From a virus: DNA of 64,000 bases. The stretch lies in the IMG/VR virus record IMGVR_UViG_3300017761_005873, positions 32,001 through 96,000 of that record, one strand, 5' to 3'. Both the position numbers and the translations under genes were made by a program. Each line of letters begins with the position of its first letter. Within the stretch, counting starts at the first letter, position 1. This document shows, one piece after another, positions 19,970-29,832 of the stretch. A model generated the notes under the pieces. That model was not told the DNA's origin and searched no databases. It was given only the letters and a program-made list of their open reading frames with translations.

Positions 19970-20310
19970 GATGGTGAATTTCCATCAATCACATTTGGGT
20001 CTAAAGGATTTGGTGTATAAGGTTGACCTGTTTCAATATTATTTCTATTAATATAATTTTTATGAAAAATTATTGAACTAATGAAAGCAAAATCTTCTAA
20101 CAATAAAGTATGGTCAATTTCTTTCTTTTCAAACATTATTTGAATTGCTTTGACATGAAACCAAACAACCATAACAAATAAAACAGCAGCTAAAAATCTA
20201 CTTAATGAGAATTTTTTAGAATTACTATCTCTAAAAGAATCAAATAAAATTTTATAAAGAAATTTAACAAAAGCATTTTCTGCTAATATATTAAAGAAAG
20301 AATTAAACAT
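19966..20310 (-). CDS. Small membrane protein, possible holin
   Basis: Two hydrophobic segments (SRFLAAVLFVMVVWF; FAFISSIIF); start reassigned to ATG 20310 (track: 20382) because the late motif lies just upstream and the longer ORF overlaps the divergent gene. Confidence 0.55.
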   Translation of the reverse strand: MFNSFFNILAENAFVKFLYKILFDSFRDSNSKKFSLSRFLAAVLFVMVVWFHVKAIQIMFEKKEIDHTLLLEDFAFISSIIFHKNYINRNNIETGQPYTPNPLDPNVIDGNSPS

Positions 20311-20316
20311 AATCGA

Positions 20317-20335
20317 ACTATTTATTATAAATAGT
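20317..20335. promoter_or_regulatory. Near-palindromic bidirectional late promoter ACTATTTATTATAAATAGT
   Basis: Two overlapping ACTATTTAT motifs on opposite strands, 6 nt from each divergent ATG (20310 and 20342). Confidence 0.65.
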
Positions 20336-20341
20336 ATTCCA

Positions 20342-22399
20342 ATGAGTTTTATACAGAAAAACGATGCAGTTGTAATAAACACAAAACTTACAAATAAAGG
20401 TAGGTTATTACTCGCCTCTGGCGGTTTAACATTTAAAAAAATTGAATTTGGTGATTCAGAAGTTGATTACAATTTTTTAAGAGATTTTAATAGTGTAATT
20501 ACTGGTAAAGATTTATCAATAATGCGCCCAAAAGATTCTAATCCTAATATTAAGTATCCAATACCTATAACAGATGGCGTATTAAATGTTACAAAAACAG
20601 ATATTACTACAATTAATACTGATACTAGATTGATTATTAATACTGCAAAAGAAAGAGGTTTTTTTACAGGCTCAACATCACAAGGATTTACAGCATTTAC
20701 ATCAAGTACATATATTCAAAATTTTGTTACTGTATCAACTAGTGCTGTAACAGGTGGAACTGTTATTACACTACCATCTGTAACAAATATCACAGCAGGT
20801 ACAATGTTATTAATTGATTGGAGAAATCCAAAATTAACCACCTTTACAAGTTTAACAGGTGCTATTGGTGAATCATATCCAAGACAATTCCTTTGGTATA
20901 AAGTTCAATCAGTTGCAGGTAGTAATGTTACAGTTGATAGAACATTACCTAATTTTAATACTGCTACAACAAAAAATAAAAGTATTGTTTATGTATACCC
21001 ACCAAATAATGCAATTGATAATTATTACAGTACAGGAACAACAGTAAGTTATTGGAATTATAATACTTTATCATTTGATTCAACATGTAATATTGGTTCA
21101 AATGATGATGTCGCTGTATGGAATTTAAATATTGTATATAGAGACACACCTGCTGGTGTACCAAATAGTTATTTCTCACAATATTATGATGGTGCAATTT
21201 TTTCAGGATTCAAAGAATATATTCATGGATATACAACTAATAATAAAAAATCTCAAATAGCAATCATACATTATACAAATAATTCAATATCAAACTATTA
21301 TGGTGAAGCTTTTTATAATGATACATTTAAATTAACATTACCAACCATAATGTATCACGGTAAATTAAATGCAACAATGGGTATTGTTTTATCATCTACA
21401 ACAAAACAAGTTTATCCAACAACATTAACAGGATTTACAACCACATTTTATGATTTAATAGAAACCACATCTGGAAATAAAGTTGGTAAAGTATTTAATG
21501 ATTTAAAAATTGCAGTAATTGAAGATGAAGAATTGGTAAATGTACTTGCTCTTAAAAGTGATAGGTCACACACGCTACCATCACCAGAATGGTCTTTAAC
21601 ACCTGCAACAACAGATATATTATTACCAAAATATACATCAACACCAACACAATATCTTGCATTAACATATTTATTTACAAATGAAAACATTTCAAATAAT
21701 GGATACAACACAGCTAGAAGTTATGGATTAAGAGGTGGTATTCATTGTGGTTACATTAAATATTTTGACCAAAATTTAACAACAGGACAAAATGTAAGAT
21801 TTACTTTTATTGATAGTGATTTAAAATTCATGAAATCTGATATTTCAGGAGCAGATGGAACAGGTTTCAATGCTAATAAATTTTATATTTTAGCACAAAA
21901 GGTAACAAATGGAACAGAACCTAACCCTGCAAGTTGGAAATTAATTGATTATACACCAGAATTACTTAATGTTAATAGTTGGACATCTACAACAATGCCT
22001 ATATCGGCATTAACTGGTAGAGTATATACATTAACAAATAGTCATTATACTGCGAGTACAAATACATATGATTTAACAAATTTTATTGGAACATTACCAA
22101 CATCTAGCAATTGGTCATCAACACCACAATTAGGATTTGGTGAAGAAAGTATATTTTTAGGAAATGTTAATACAAACATACAAGCAACAGTATACAAAAC
22201 AAGTTTTAAACAAACTTTAGGATTTAGTAATTATAATTCATCAATTAATCCAACATGGACATCAGGTGATGATGTATATATTACTGAAGCAGCAATTTAT
22301 GATACATTTGATGAATTGGTTGCAGTTGGTAAGTTAAATAATCCAGTTAAAAAGAATACCAATAAGTTATTTACAATAGAATTAGATATGGATTTTTAA
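20342..22399 (+). CDS. Tail/baseplate structural protein (tail-collar/fibre-attachment-like termini)
   Basis: N-terminal KLTNKGR..LASG...FGDSEVDY and C-terminal VYITEAAIYD..ELVAVGKL..PVKK; T/S-rich. Confidence 0.65.
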   Translation: MSFIQKNDAVVINTKLTNKGRLLLASGGLTFKKIEFGDSEVDYNFLRDFNSVITGKDLSIMRPKDSNPNIKYPIPITDGVLNVTKTDITTINTDTRLIINTAKERGFFTGSTSQGFTAFTSSTYIQNFVTVSTSAVTGGTVITLPSVTNITAGTMLLIDWRNPKLTTFTSLTGAIGESYPRQFLWYKVQSVAGSNVTVDRTLPNFNTATTKNKSIVYVYPPNNAIDNYYSTGTTVSYWNYNTLSFDSTCNIGSNDDVAVWNLNIVYRDTPAGVPNSYFSQYYDGAIFSGFKEYIHGYTTNNKKSQIAIIHYTNNSISNYYGEAFYNDTFKLTLPTIMYHGKLNATMGIVLSSTTKQVYPTTLTGFTTTFYDLIETTSGNKVGKVFNDLKIAVIEDEELVNVLALKSDRSHTLPSPEWSLTPATTDILLPKYTSTPTQYLALTYLFTNENISNNGYNTARSYGLRGGIHCGYIKYFDQNLTTGQNVRFTFIDSDLKFMKSDISGADGTGFNANKFYILAQKVTNGTEPNPASWKLIDYTPELLNVNSWTSTTMPISALTGRVYTLTNSHYTASTNTYDLTNFIGTLPTSSNWSSTPQLGFGEESIFLGNVNTNIQATVYKTSFKQTLGFSNYNSSINPTWTSGDDVYITEAAIYDTFDELVAVGKLNNPVKKNTNKLFTIELDMDF

Positions 22400-22400
22400 T

Positions 22401-23366
22401 ATGGGATATTTACCAAGTTCATCAACACGCACTTTATATGCTTATTTAACACAAAAAGGAAGATACAACTTACTTTTTTCATCAGCAACTGCATCTACGG
22501 TAACATACTTTAGTTTACATGACGATGATATTAATTATAGAATTACATCAAAAAAAATAAGTACTCAATTTAATAAATTACCAAAAGGATTTGTTCCTGA
22601 CATTACAGGTGATGGATTTGATAATGATTGTATTATAAGTGTTTCACAAGCACATATTGTTGATGATTTAAATTATTTAATCTATACAGGAGTCTCATCA
22701 CCACCCGAACCACCCGAACCACCCGAACCACCCGAACCACCTCAATCTAGATTTTTATTTTTAGAATTTGATTTCCCAACTAATTACATAAATAGTCCTA
22801 ATGATATATGGGAGCATAGGAAAAAATTAGTTAATGGAAATTTTGTTGATACAGTAAAATTTGGTGAAAATGTTATTATTTATCCAAATAATGGTGCTAC
22901 ACAACCTATTGGTAATTATGATTCTAGATTTAGTCTTACTTTAAGAACAGCACCAGGAGATACAACACCAATAACACAACAAGAAAAGGATGCAGCAACA
23001 TTTACTTTGACAAATACTGCACCACCCAACGTAGCATATTCCAACCCTAATTTCCCTCAAGGTGTTTTTCAAAATAAATTTAGTTCATTTATTAACGAAG
23101 TTCATTTTTTTAATGATAGTCAATATCCTGCAAGGTTTGGAACAATGCCAATTAATTATAGTTTTAGTAATGTAACACAAAATAGTTCATCTATAAATTT
23201 AAAAGATATTTTTCTCCTTATAAGTGATGGATTACTTTTTAATAATGAAAATGATTTTTTACCTTTTCAATTTACTTTGACAGTATCATCAACCAATCCA
23301 AATATAATTATTAATAGTAATAAAAATAGTTATACATATAAAGCCAGGTTAATAAATCAAGTTTAA
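22401..23366 (+). CDS. Virion structural protein, paralog 1 (conserved N-terminal anchor, PPE linker, variable C-terminus)
   Basis: MGYL...YAYLTQKGR...YFSLHDDDINY...GFVPDITGD. Confidence 0.65.
   Translation: MGYLPSSSTRTLYAYLTQKGRYNLLFSSATASTVTYFSLHDDDINYRITSKKISTQFNKLPKGFVPDITGDGFDNDCIISVSQAHIVDDLNYLIYTGVSSPPEPPEPPEPPEPPQSRFLFLEFDFPTNYINSPNDIWEHRKKLVNGNFVDTVKFGENVIIYPNNGATQPIGNYDSRFSLTLRTAPGDTTPITQQEKDAATFTLTNTAPPNVAYSNPNFPQGVFQNKFSSFINEVHFFNDSQYPARFGTMPINYSFSNVTQNSSSINLKDIFLLISDGLLFNNENDFLPFQFTLTVSSTNPNIIINSNKNSYTYKARLINQV
22701..22741 (+). repeat. Perfect 9-bp tandem repeat (CCACCCGAA)x4.5 encoding a PPE linker
   Basis: Read directly from the sequence. Confidence 0.95.
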
Positions 23367-23369
23367 AAT

Positions 23370-24194
23370 ATGGGTTTTGTAACAAGTTCATCAACAATTC
23401 AACTATATGCATATTTAACACAATATGCAAGAGAAAGAATTTTTAATGGTGATACTAACGAATTTCAAGCAAAATATTTTAGTTTACATGATGAAGATGT
23501 AAACTATAAAATCACATCAAATTTAGATGGTACAATTAATCAACCACTAACAAGTGGTTTCATACCCGATATCACAGGTGACCCTGATAATTGTATAAAA
23601 AGTATGGTTAGTAAAGTTTTAACTAAAAATATGTTAGTTGGTACAACACAAATAATATCACCTGTAGCAGGATGTACTGACCCAGATGCTACTAATTATA
23701 ATTCAGCAGCAATAATTGATAATGGAAGCTGTATATATGCACCATCTCCACCATCTAGTAGAATATTAACAATAGGTTTTCAAAATAATACAAACACACC
23801 AATAGATGATTATTCAACACCACCAAATAAAAAGAACTTTAGTTATGTTTTAAATATCAACCTATTACAAAATGCTGGTGAACCAAATCCAACTACATCA
23901 GAAATAAATACAACTTCATTTATTATTGAATTAGTAGAACCACCATTAGGAGATGCTATTTTAACTAGTAGTATTCAAGTTGGTAATAAATCATTACCTG
24001 CAACAATTAATTTTACAAGTTCTTCAAATTTACAAACTTTATTAACATTTAGTAGAGATATAAATCATAATCCAGAACCATCCGAAGTTGAACCTGCTCA
24101 AATAAAATTGAGATTAATATCAACAAACTCAAATAGAGCAATTGACCCAATAAAACAGATATTTACATACAGAGCAAATATTTATTCAGCATAA
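23370..24194 (+). CDS. Virion structural protein, paralog 2 (contains a GCTD...ATNY...GSC module)
   Basis: MGFV...YAYLTQYAR...YFSLHDEDVNY...GFIPDITGD; GCTDPDATNYNSAAIIDNGSCIY. Confidence 0.65.
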   Translation: MGFVTSSSTIQLYAYLTQYARERIFNGDTNEFQAKYFSLHDEDVNYKITSNLDGTINQPLTSGFIPDITGDPDNCIKSMVSKVLTKNMLVGTTQIISPVAGCTDPDATNYNSAAIIDNGSCIYAPSPPSSRILTIGFQNNTNTPIDDYSTPPNKKNFSYVLNINLLQNAGEPNPTTSEINTTSFIIELVEPPLGDAILTSSIQVGNKSLPATINFTSSSNLQTLLTFSRDINHNPEPSEVEPAQIKLRLISTNSNRAIDPIKQIFTYRANIYSA

Positions 24195-24195
24195 C

Positions 24196-25653
24196 ATGGG
24201 ATACATACAACAATCAAATACAAAAAAAATATATGCCTATCTTACACAGACAGGTAAAGAAAAAATTATTACAGGTGAAACTAAAGATTTTTTAATAAAA
24301 TATTTTACTTTGCATGATGAAGATATAAATTACAAAATTGGTTCAAAAAAAAGTGGAACAACATATAATGTTCCTAAAAGTGGATTTATACCTGATATTA
24401 CAGGTGATTATAATTTATGTTTACCAAATATATCAGATGCAACTTTTTTAGAAAAAAATATGTTGATATATGAAATTCAAACCCAAAAAACATATTCAAT
24501 AACACCAGATAAAACTAATGTTTTTGAAACAGAAAGTGTTACATATACAATAACAACTCAAAATGTAGCGGATGGAACAGTATTATATTGGTCATTCCAA
24601 GGTACTGCAAGTGCATCAGATTTTACTGAAAATACAGATAATGGTTCTGTTACAATTATATCAAATACTGCTAATTTTACTCTAAATGTTAAACAAGATA
24701 ATACAATAGAAAACGATGAAAGTGTAACTATGTATTTAAAAGATTCGACAGGAATTAATTTAGCAGCATCAACAACTGTCTTCTTAAAAGATAAACCAAT
24801 ACCTATTGCAACAGCAAATGTTATTAATCAATGTAGTGGTAGTAAACAATTTTTATATGTTGAAAATCCTAGTAGTGGTTCAGGTCCTCCTTACACATGG
24901 AAAGTTGTAGCTGTAGATATAAATAACATTCCAATTACATTTCCAATAGTAGGAAACATACCCTTAAATTGGGCAAGTATTAAAACAATACCTCCTTCAC
25001 CTGTTGATAATGCACTTTTATTAGAAACAAATTATAATAATACTGATATTTATTATAATGTTTATTTATATGATAGTAATAATACTGAATATTTTTTACT
25101 AAAAACAACAATTTGTGTACCTCCAGTTGGACCTAAAACATATTTATTAACAGCACCATCAACTGAATTAGCCACTTCTGATGTTATTGGTAGTTATTTT
25201 TCAGGAAATTTTATTACTCAATTTCCATCCGCAACTGCTAATTTTGAATTATCCATTAAAGATAATGATAATACTCAATTAACACCTACCGAATTAGGTA
25301 ATATAGTTTATAGATTTATAAAGAAAGATTATAGTAATCCAAAATGGCTTTATGTTGATTTTGATTTTAATAATGTTGGCATAGTTGGTGAAGGATATGG
25401 TGGTAGTTTTTGGAATTTTGCAAATGCAACTAATCCTAGCGGTGATTTAACAAATTATATACTACCATTTACTATAGATATACGCAGAACTAGTTATGAA
25501 CTAGAAAAACCATTTAGTAGACCACTAGCACAGGCTGTCGTAAATAATGCTTTATATGAGTTTACAGTTTTAGTAGAGGGTACGAACACCAACTTCAATA
25601 ATTCAATTGATACAATTAGTATGCGTATATATACCTATACTTGGGTAGGTTAA
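24196..25653 (+). CDS. Virion structural protein, paralog 3 (Calx-beta/Ig-like domain)
   Basis: MGYI...YAYLTQTGK...YFTLHDEDINY...GFIPDITGD; GTASASDF...VKQDNTIENDES resembles Calx-beta. Confidence 0.65.
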   Translation: MGYIQQSNTKKIYAYLTQTGKEKIITGETKDFLIKYFTLHDEDINYKIGSKKSGTTYNVPKSGFIPDITGDYNLCLPNISDATFLEKNMLIYEIQTQKTYSITPDKTNVFETESVTYTITTQNVADGTVLYWSFQGTASASDFTENTDNGSVTIISNTANFTLNVKQDNTIENDESVTMYLKDSTGINLAASTTVFLKDKPIPIATANVINQCSGSKQFLYVENPSSGSGPPYTWKVVAVDINNIPITFPIVGNIPLNWASIKTIPPSPVDNALLLETNYNNTDIYYNVYLYDSNNTEYFLLKTTICVPPVGPKTYLLTAPSTELATSDVIGSYFSGNFITQFPSATANFELSIKDNDNTQLTPTELGNIVYRFIKKDYSNPKWLYVDFDFNNVGIVGEGYGGSFWNFANATNPSGDLTNYILPFTIDIRRTSYELEKPFSRPLAQAVVNNALYEFTVLVEGTNTNFNNSIDTISMRIYTYTWVG

Positions 25654-25658
25654 TAATT

Positions 25659-25668
25659 ACTATTTATA
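25659..25668 (+). promoter_or_regulatory. Late promoter motif ACTATTTATA
   Basis: 15 nt upstream of the ATG at 25684. Confidence 0.65.
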
Positions 25669-25683
25669 ATAAAAAATATCAAT

Positions 25684-27090
25684 ATGGCAATAGTAAACGG
25701 ATTAAAACCAATAGAATCACAAGCAGCTAGTTTTCAAAAAACAATTTATAATAGTACATCAAATTTAAGCGGTAATAAACTATTATATACATATGCTGAA
25801 AGAAACAAAACCACAACACCATATGGAAATTTGTTTAGGTCTTTTAATTTTCCAATAACTAGTGATGAAATTACAACATTTAATGGAAATTACATAGATA
25901 CCGCATTAGAATATTTAAATGTTGATAAAATTATTGTTGTTGAAATACCAAAAGGTGAGTACGGTGAATTAATTGATGGTAAAACATTTCAATTAACACT
26001 ACCAGTTACATTAAACAACATTAAAACTGCAACAACAGTTTATGGAACATATTTTGGTTATAATGGATTAGGTGGTACTTCATTTATTAGAAATTTAGAT
26101 AAACAATTATCAGAAAAAAATTCTAATTATTTTGGTTTTACACCAAGTGCTGAGAATGATTACAATACAAATGTAACATTTTTATATTGTAATGATGTTA
26201 TCAATGGAAGACCAAAAAATAAAGGTGATATGGTTACTATTTTAACAGCAACCACATTTACTATAAATAATCCTGCAAATAATAAATATACATTTACAAC
26301 TGTAACTTTTAGTACAAATGATTTAATAAAAATTGAAATAACACCAAGTAATAATACTTCTGATATTAAATTTATAATTGATGGTTATGAATACCCAATA
26401 AATTCTACTGATTTTGTTAATATAACACAACCAGGTATTACATCAGTTAATCCACAATTATACCAAATTGGTAATCCAGTTCTATCAAAAGATATAACAG
26501 TAACTATAAAACAAATTATTAATTATGATTTGTCTTGGGATGCTTGGTCACCAACAAATAAATTTCCAACAGTTGAAGCAGATGAAACTAAAAAAATATA
26601 TGCAGCATATGATGGTGTTATATTAAATAATGCTTTTTTAAAGTATTACGATAAACCTGTAGGTATTTTATATAACGATAAAGGATTTGCTGTAATAACT
26701 GACCCTACATTAGTATCAGGTTTTACATATTCAGCAGGTACAAGTTCAGGATTTAATACAATTCCATCAGGAAGTCCGTATAATAGTGGTATTGATTTTG
26801 CAAAAATTTATTTTACATCTTCAACATTATCAAATTCACAATTTGATTCAATTACAACAGAGTTTGTTCAAAATATTATTTGTATAGCAGGTGCTAATGA
26901 ATTTGTATCAACAACAAACACATCATATCAAGATGCTTACGATATTAATTCAACAGATAAACCAACATTTATAACATCTATTGGGTTATATAATGAAGCA
27001 CAAGAATTAATTGGTATTGCAAAAGTAAGTGAACCCATAAAAAAATTACCATCTAATATAGTACCGTTTAATATTAGATTAATAATTTAA
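25684..27090 (+). CDS. Tail/baseplate structural protein sharing its C-terminal motif with 20342..22399
   Basis: YGELIDGK; C-terminal TFITSIGLYNEAQELIGIAKVSEPIKK. Confidence 0.65.
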   Translation: MAIVNGLKPIESQAASFQKTIYNSTSNLSGNKLLYTYAERNKTTTPYGNLFRSFNFPITSDEITTFNGNYIDTALEYLNVDKIIVVEIPKGEYGELIDGKTFQLTLPVTLNNIKTATTVYGTYFGYNGLGGTSFIRNLDKQLSEKNSNYFGFTPSAENDYNTNVTFLYCNDVINGRPKNKGDMVTILTATTFTINNPANNKYTFTTVTFSTNDLIKIEITPSNNTSDIKFIIDGYEYPINSTDFVNITQPGITSVNPQLYQIGNPVLSKDITVTIKQIINYDLSWDAWSPTNKFPTVEADETKKIYAAYDGVILNNAFLKYYDKPVGILYNDKGFAVITDPTLVSGFTYSAGTSSGFNTIPSGSPYNSGIDFAKIYFTSSTLSNSQFDSITTEFVQNIICIAGANEFVSTTNTSYQDAYDINSTDKPTFITSIGLYNEAQELIGIAKVSEPIKKLPSNIVPFNIRLII

Positions 27091-27106
27091 TATCGTATTA
27101 TATTAT

Positions 27107-27727
27107 ATGGAAATTATTGATTTTAAAGATTTGGCTATAATGACAGCCAAAGATAAGGTTTTTATATCTTTTGATATATCAACAAGTTGTATTGGTGTAT
27201 CTATTTTTAATGAAAACTTTAATCTTACATCAGTTAAAGCACTTAAAATGATAAAGACTAAGGATTGTGAAGATGACCCTGAAATCATAAAAGGAGATGC
27301 TTTTAAAAAATTTGTTGAAGATTTAAAAATATATGACATTATTGATATATTTGTTGAAGAACCATTAGTTAAATCTAATAATGTTTATACTGTTAATAAG
27401 TTATTAAAATTTAATGGAATTTGTTCATATATACTAAGAGATGTTTTAGGAATCATTCCTAAATTTATGAGTGTAGATGAAGTAAGAAGGTTATTCTGTC
27501 CTGAAATGACAGAATATGATATGAAAAAGGATAAAACAATTTTAAAATTTAAATCTAGAAAAAATGACCCAAAAAGTTATATATTTGAAAAAATATCTAA
27601 AGAATATGAAAATATTTCTTGGATATTAGATAAAAAGGGAAAATTAAAGACTGAGAATTATGACATAACAGATTCAATTGCTCTTGCCAAAGCATCTTTT
27701 AAAAAATTTTATGAAAAAGAATACTAA
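27107..27727 (+). CDS. RuvC-like Holliday junction resolvase
   Basis: SFDISTSCIG, FVEEP and YDITDS acidic catalytic motifs. Confidence 0.75.
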   Translation: MEIIDFKDLAIMTAKDKVFISFDISTSCIGVSIFNENFNLTSVKALKMIKTKDCEDDPEIIKGDAFKKFVEDLKIYDIIDIFVEEPLVKSNNVYTVNKLLKFNGICSYILRDVLGIIPKFMSVDEVRRLFCPEMTEYDMKKDKTILKFKSRKNDPKSYIFEKISKEYENISWILDKKGKLKTENYDITDSIALAKASFKKFYEKEY

Positions 27728-28223
27728 AAATGAAAAAAATCAAACCTACCTCGATTTCTTATTAAAAATTAATAATTTTTCATATTTTTCTTGTGAGATG
27801 ATTCTTCCAGATGATGTTGATGAATTTTTTGAAGAATATGCAAAAGAATATGAAAATCCTGAAGTTTTTTTTGAAACATTAGACCCATTACTAGAAAAAT
27901 CACATAGAGTTATGTATTTAACAGGTACACTAGTCGATGTTGAATATATTAATTTTATAAATTCATTTGAACAAATATCAGAAGAAGATAAAAAAATTTT
28001 AGTTAAAAAAGACAACACAGATTTATTAATACCAATAACATTACACTATAGTGACAACAATGAATTTATCACTTTGTATGTTATTGATTTATTTAAGATT
28101 AAGACCAAAAGAAGAAGGAAAACGGAATTGGAACTTCAGTCCGAATTAGATGATGCTTTAAAAACGGAAAATTACGAATTAGCTGTTAAAATCAGAGAAA
28201 AAATCAAAAAGATTAAAAAATAG
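27711..28223 (+). CDS. Protein with C-terminal UVR (UvrB/UvrC) coiled-coil motif
   Basis: LQSELDDALKTENYELAVKIREKI; ATG at 27711 preferred to the track start at 27678. Confidence 0.7.
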   Translation: MKKNTKNEKNQTYLDFLLKINNFSYFSCEMILPDDVDEFFEEYAKEYENPEVFFETLDPLLEKSHRVMYLTGTLVDVEYINFINSFEQISEEDKKILVKKDNTDLLIPITLHYSDNNEFITLYVIDLFKIKTKRRRKTELELQSELDDALKTENYELAVKIREKIKKIKK

Positions 28224-28237
28224 TTTATATTTAACTT

Positions 28238-29830
28238 ATGATAAAACTTAATTGGAATTCAAAAAACGATTTTTTTGTTAACAACGAGAATAGAGTTAAC
28301 AAAGCAATTGAGGTCATTGAAAATTGTATTAATAATAATACATCGATTAACAATACCGAACAGTATGAAGGTTTTGTAAGAAAAGTTTTGGTTAGTAAAA
28401 ATACTAAAGAATCCAAAAATTACAAAAAATTAATAGATATTTATAATACATATTTAACTTTAAGAAAAACTTCTAAAAAGGTTGTAAACACAACCAATGT
28501 TGATAAAGAAGAAAAATATGATAATAGAAGTAGTTGGATAGCTAATCGTGATAAGGATAATAAAATTATTGACTATTCATATATAATATATGTTCAAGGA
28601 GAAAGACCATTTAGTGGTAAATTAACAAGAGAACAACTTGAAACAATTCATCAATATTATCCACATGTAACAATGATGAATGTGTCTTCATATTTTCCAT
28701 ATTTAACATTCCAACAATTTAAAAGAATTTTAAGATGTTTTAACATTACAAAAGATATGTTATTTCCTTTGCATATTCTTGAAGAACATACAGAGGAAGA
28801 GATTGCTGAGTTTGCTTTAAAAAATAAAGCATCCGCAACACTTAATAAGATTGTTGAAAAGAAAGCATCTTTTATTGAAAAGAAATATTTTGAAAGTCAA
28901 GAAAAAATTCAAGACCTTCAGAACATTCAAAATTTTATTGAAAATACAATTGAAAAATATTACACAGAAAAGCCTGAAGGAGATTTAAAAAAACCTGATT
29001 TGCTTACCAAATATACAGATGTATGTTATCTATTTTATTCTGATATACATTATGGTAAAAAATATTCAAATCCTGTTTTTGGAAGGGGTTATAATAAAGA
29101 AATTGCCCATGAAAGAATGATACAAATTGCTAAAAGAACTATTGAGTATATTAAATATAGAAATCTTAATAAACTTTATATTCTTTTTGGTGGTGATATG
29201 TTTGAATCTGTAATGACAGGTGGTATGAGAGCAGAACATCTTAAATCAATGGATGTTACAGGCATTGACCAAATTCTTTATGGTGTTGATTCTCAAATTG
29301 AATTTTTAAATGAATTGAGAAAAAATCTTGGCGCAAATTTCCCTGTTATTGTTACATACATTGGTGGTAATCATGATAGGATTGGAAAAGATAGGGATGA
29401 TGACCAAGAAAGAACAGGTTCATTAATTGCATATAACATCATTCAAAGAGAATTTAAAAATGATGAATATATTATGTTTAATATTCCAAGAAAACAAGTT
29501 TATGTTGAAAAGATTCAAAATCACGAAATGAATGATTTGTGTATTATTGCTCATCATGGTGATGCTGAAATCATTAAAAAGAAAGGTCATGAACTTGTTA
29601 ATCTTTATGGTATTGGAACATCAGGATATCATTTAGTTATAAACGGTCATTGGCATACAACAGAAATTTCATATAATGCAGGTACAAATTATATGGAAAT
29701 TTCATTACCATCAGTTTGTTCAGTAGATGAATTTATTTTGGATAGACTTGGAAATAATCAACTACCAGGATTTATTTTAGGTATATGTGAAAATTCAGGT
29801 TTTACTTTTTCAAATGAAGTTCTTTATTAA
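28238..29830 (+). CDS. Calcineurin-like metallophosphoesterase with long N-terminal extension
   Basis: SDIHYG, GGDMFE, GGNHDR, HHGD, GHWH motifs. Confidence 0.85.
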   Translation: MIKLNWNSKNDFFVNNENRVNKAIEVIENCINNNTSINNTEQYEGFVRKVLVSKNTKESKNYKKLIDIYNTYLTLRKTSKKVVNTTNVDKEEKYDNRSSWIANRDKDNKIIDYSYIIYVQGERPFSGKLTREQLETIHQYYPHVTMMNVSSYFPYLTFQQFKRILRCFNITKDMLFPLHILEEHTEEEIAEFALKNKASATLNKIVEKKASFIEKKYFESQEKIQDLQNIQNFIENTIEKYYTEKPEGDLKKPDLLTKYTDVCYLFYSDIHYGKKYSNPVFGRGYNKEIAHERMIQIAKRTIEYIKYRNLNKLYILFGGDMFESVMTGGMRAEHLKSMDVTGIDQILYGVDSQIEFLNELRKNLGANFPVIVTYIGGNHDRIGKDRDDDQERTGSLIAYNIIQREFKNDEYIMFNIPRKQVYVEKIQNHEMNDLCIIAHHGDAEIIKKKGHELVNLYGIGTSGYHLVINGHWHTTEISYNAGTNYMEISLPSVCSVDEFILDRLGNNQLPGFILGICENSGFTFSNEVLY

Positions 29831-29832
29831 TT

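Noticed and set aside
22401-25653. Diversity-generating retroelement or invertible cassette behind the paralog array
   Set aside because: No reverse transcriptase, recombinase, near-identical template/variable repeat pair or flanking inverted repeats seen in the window; paralogs are diverged at the DNA level
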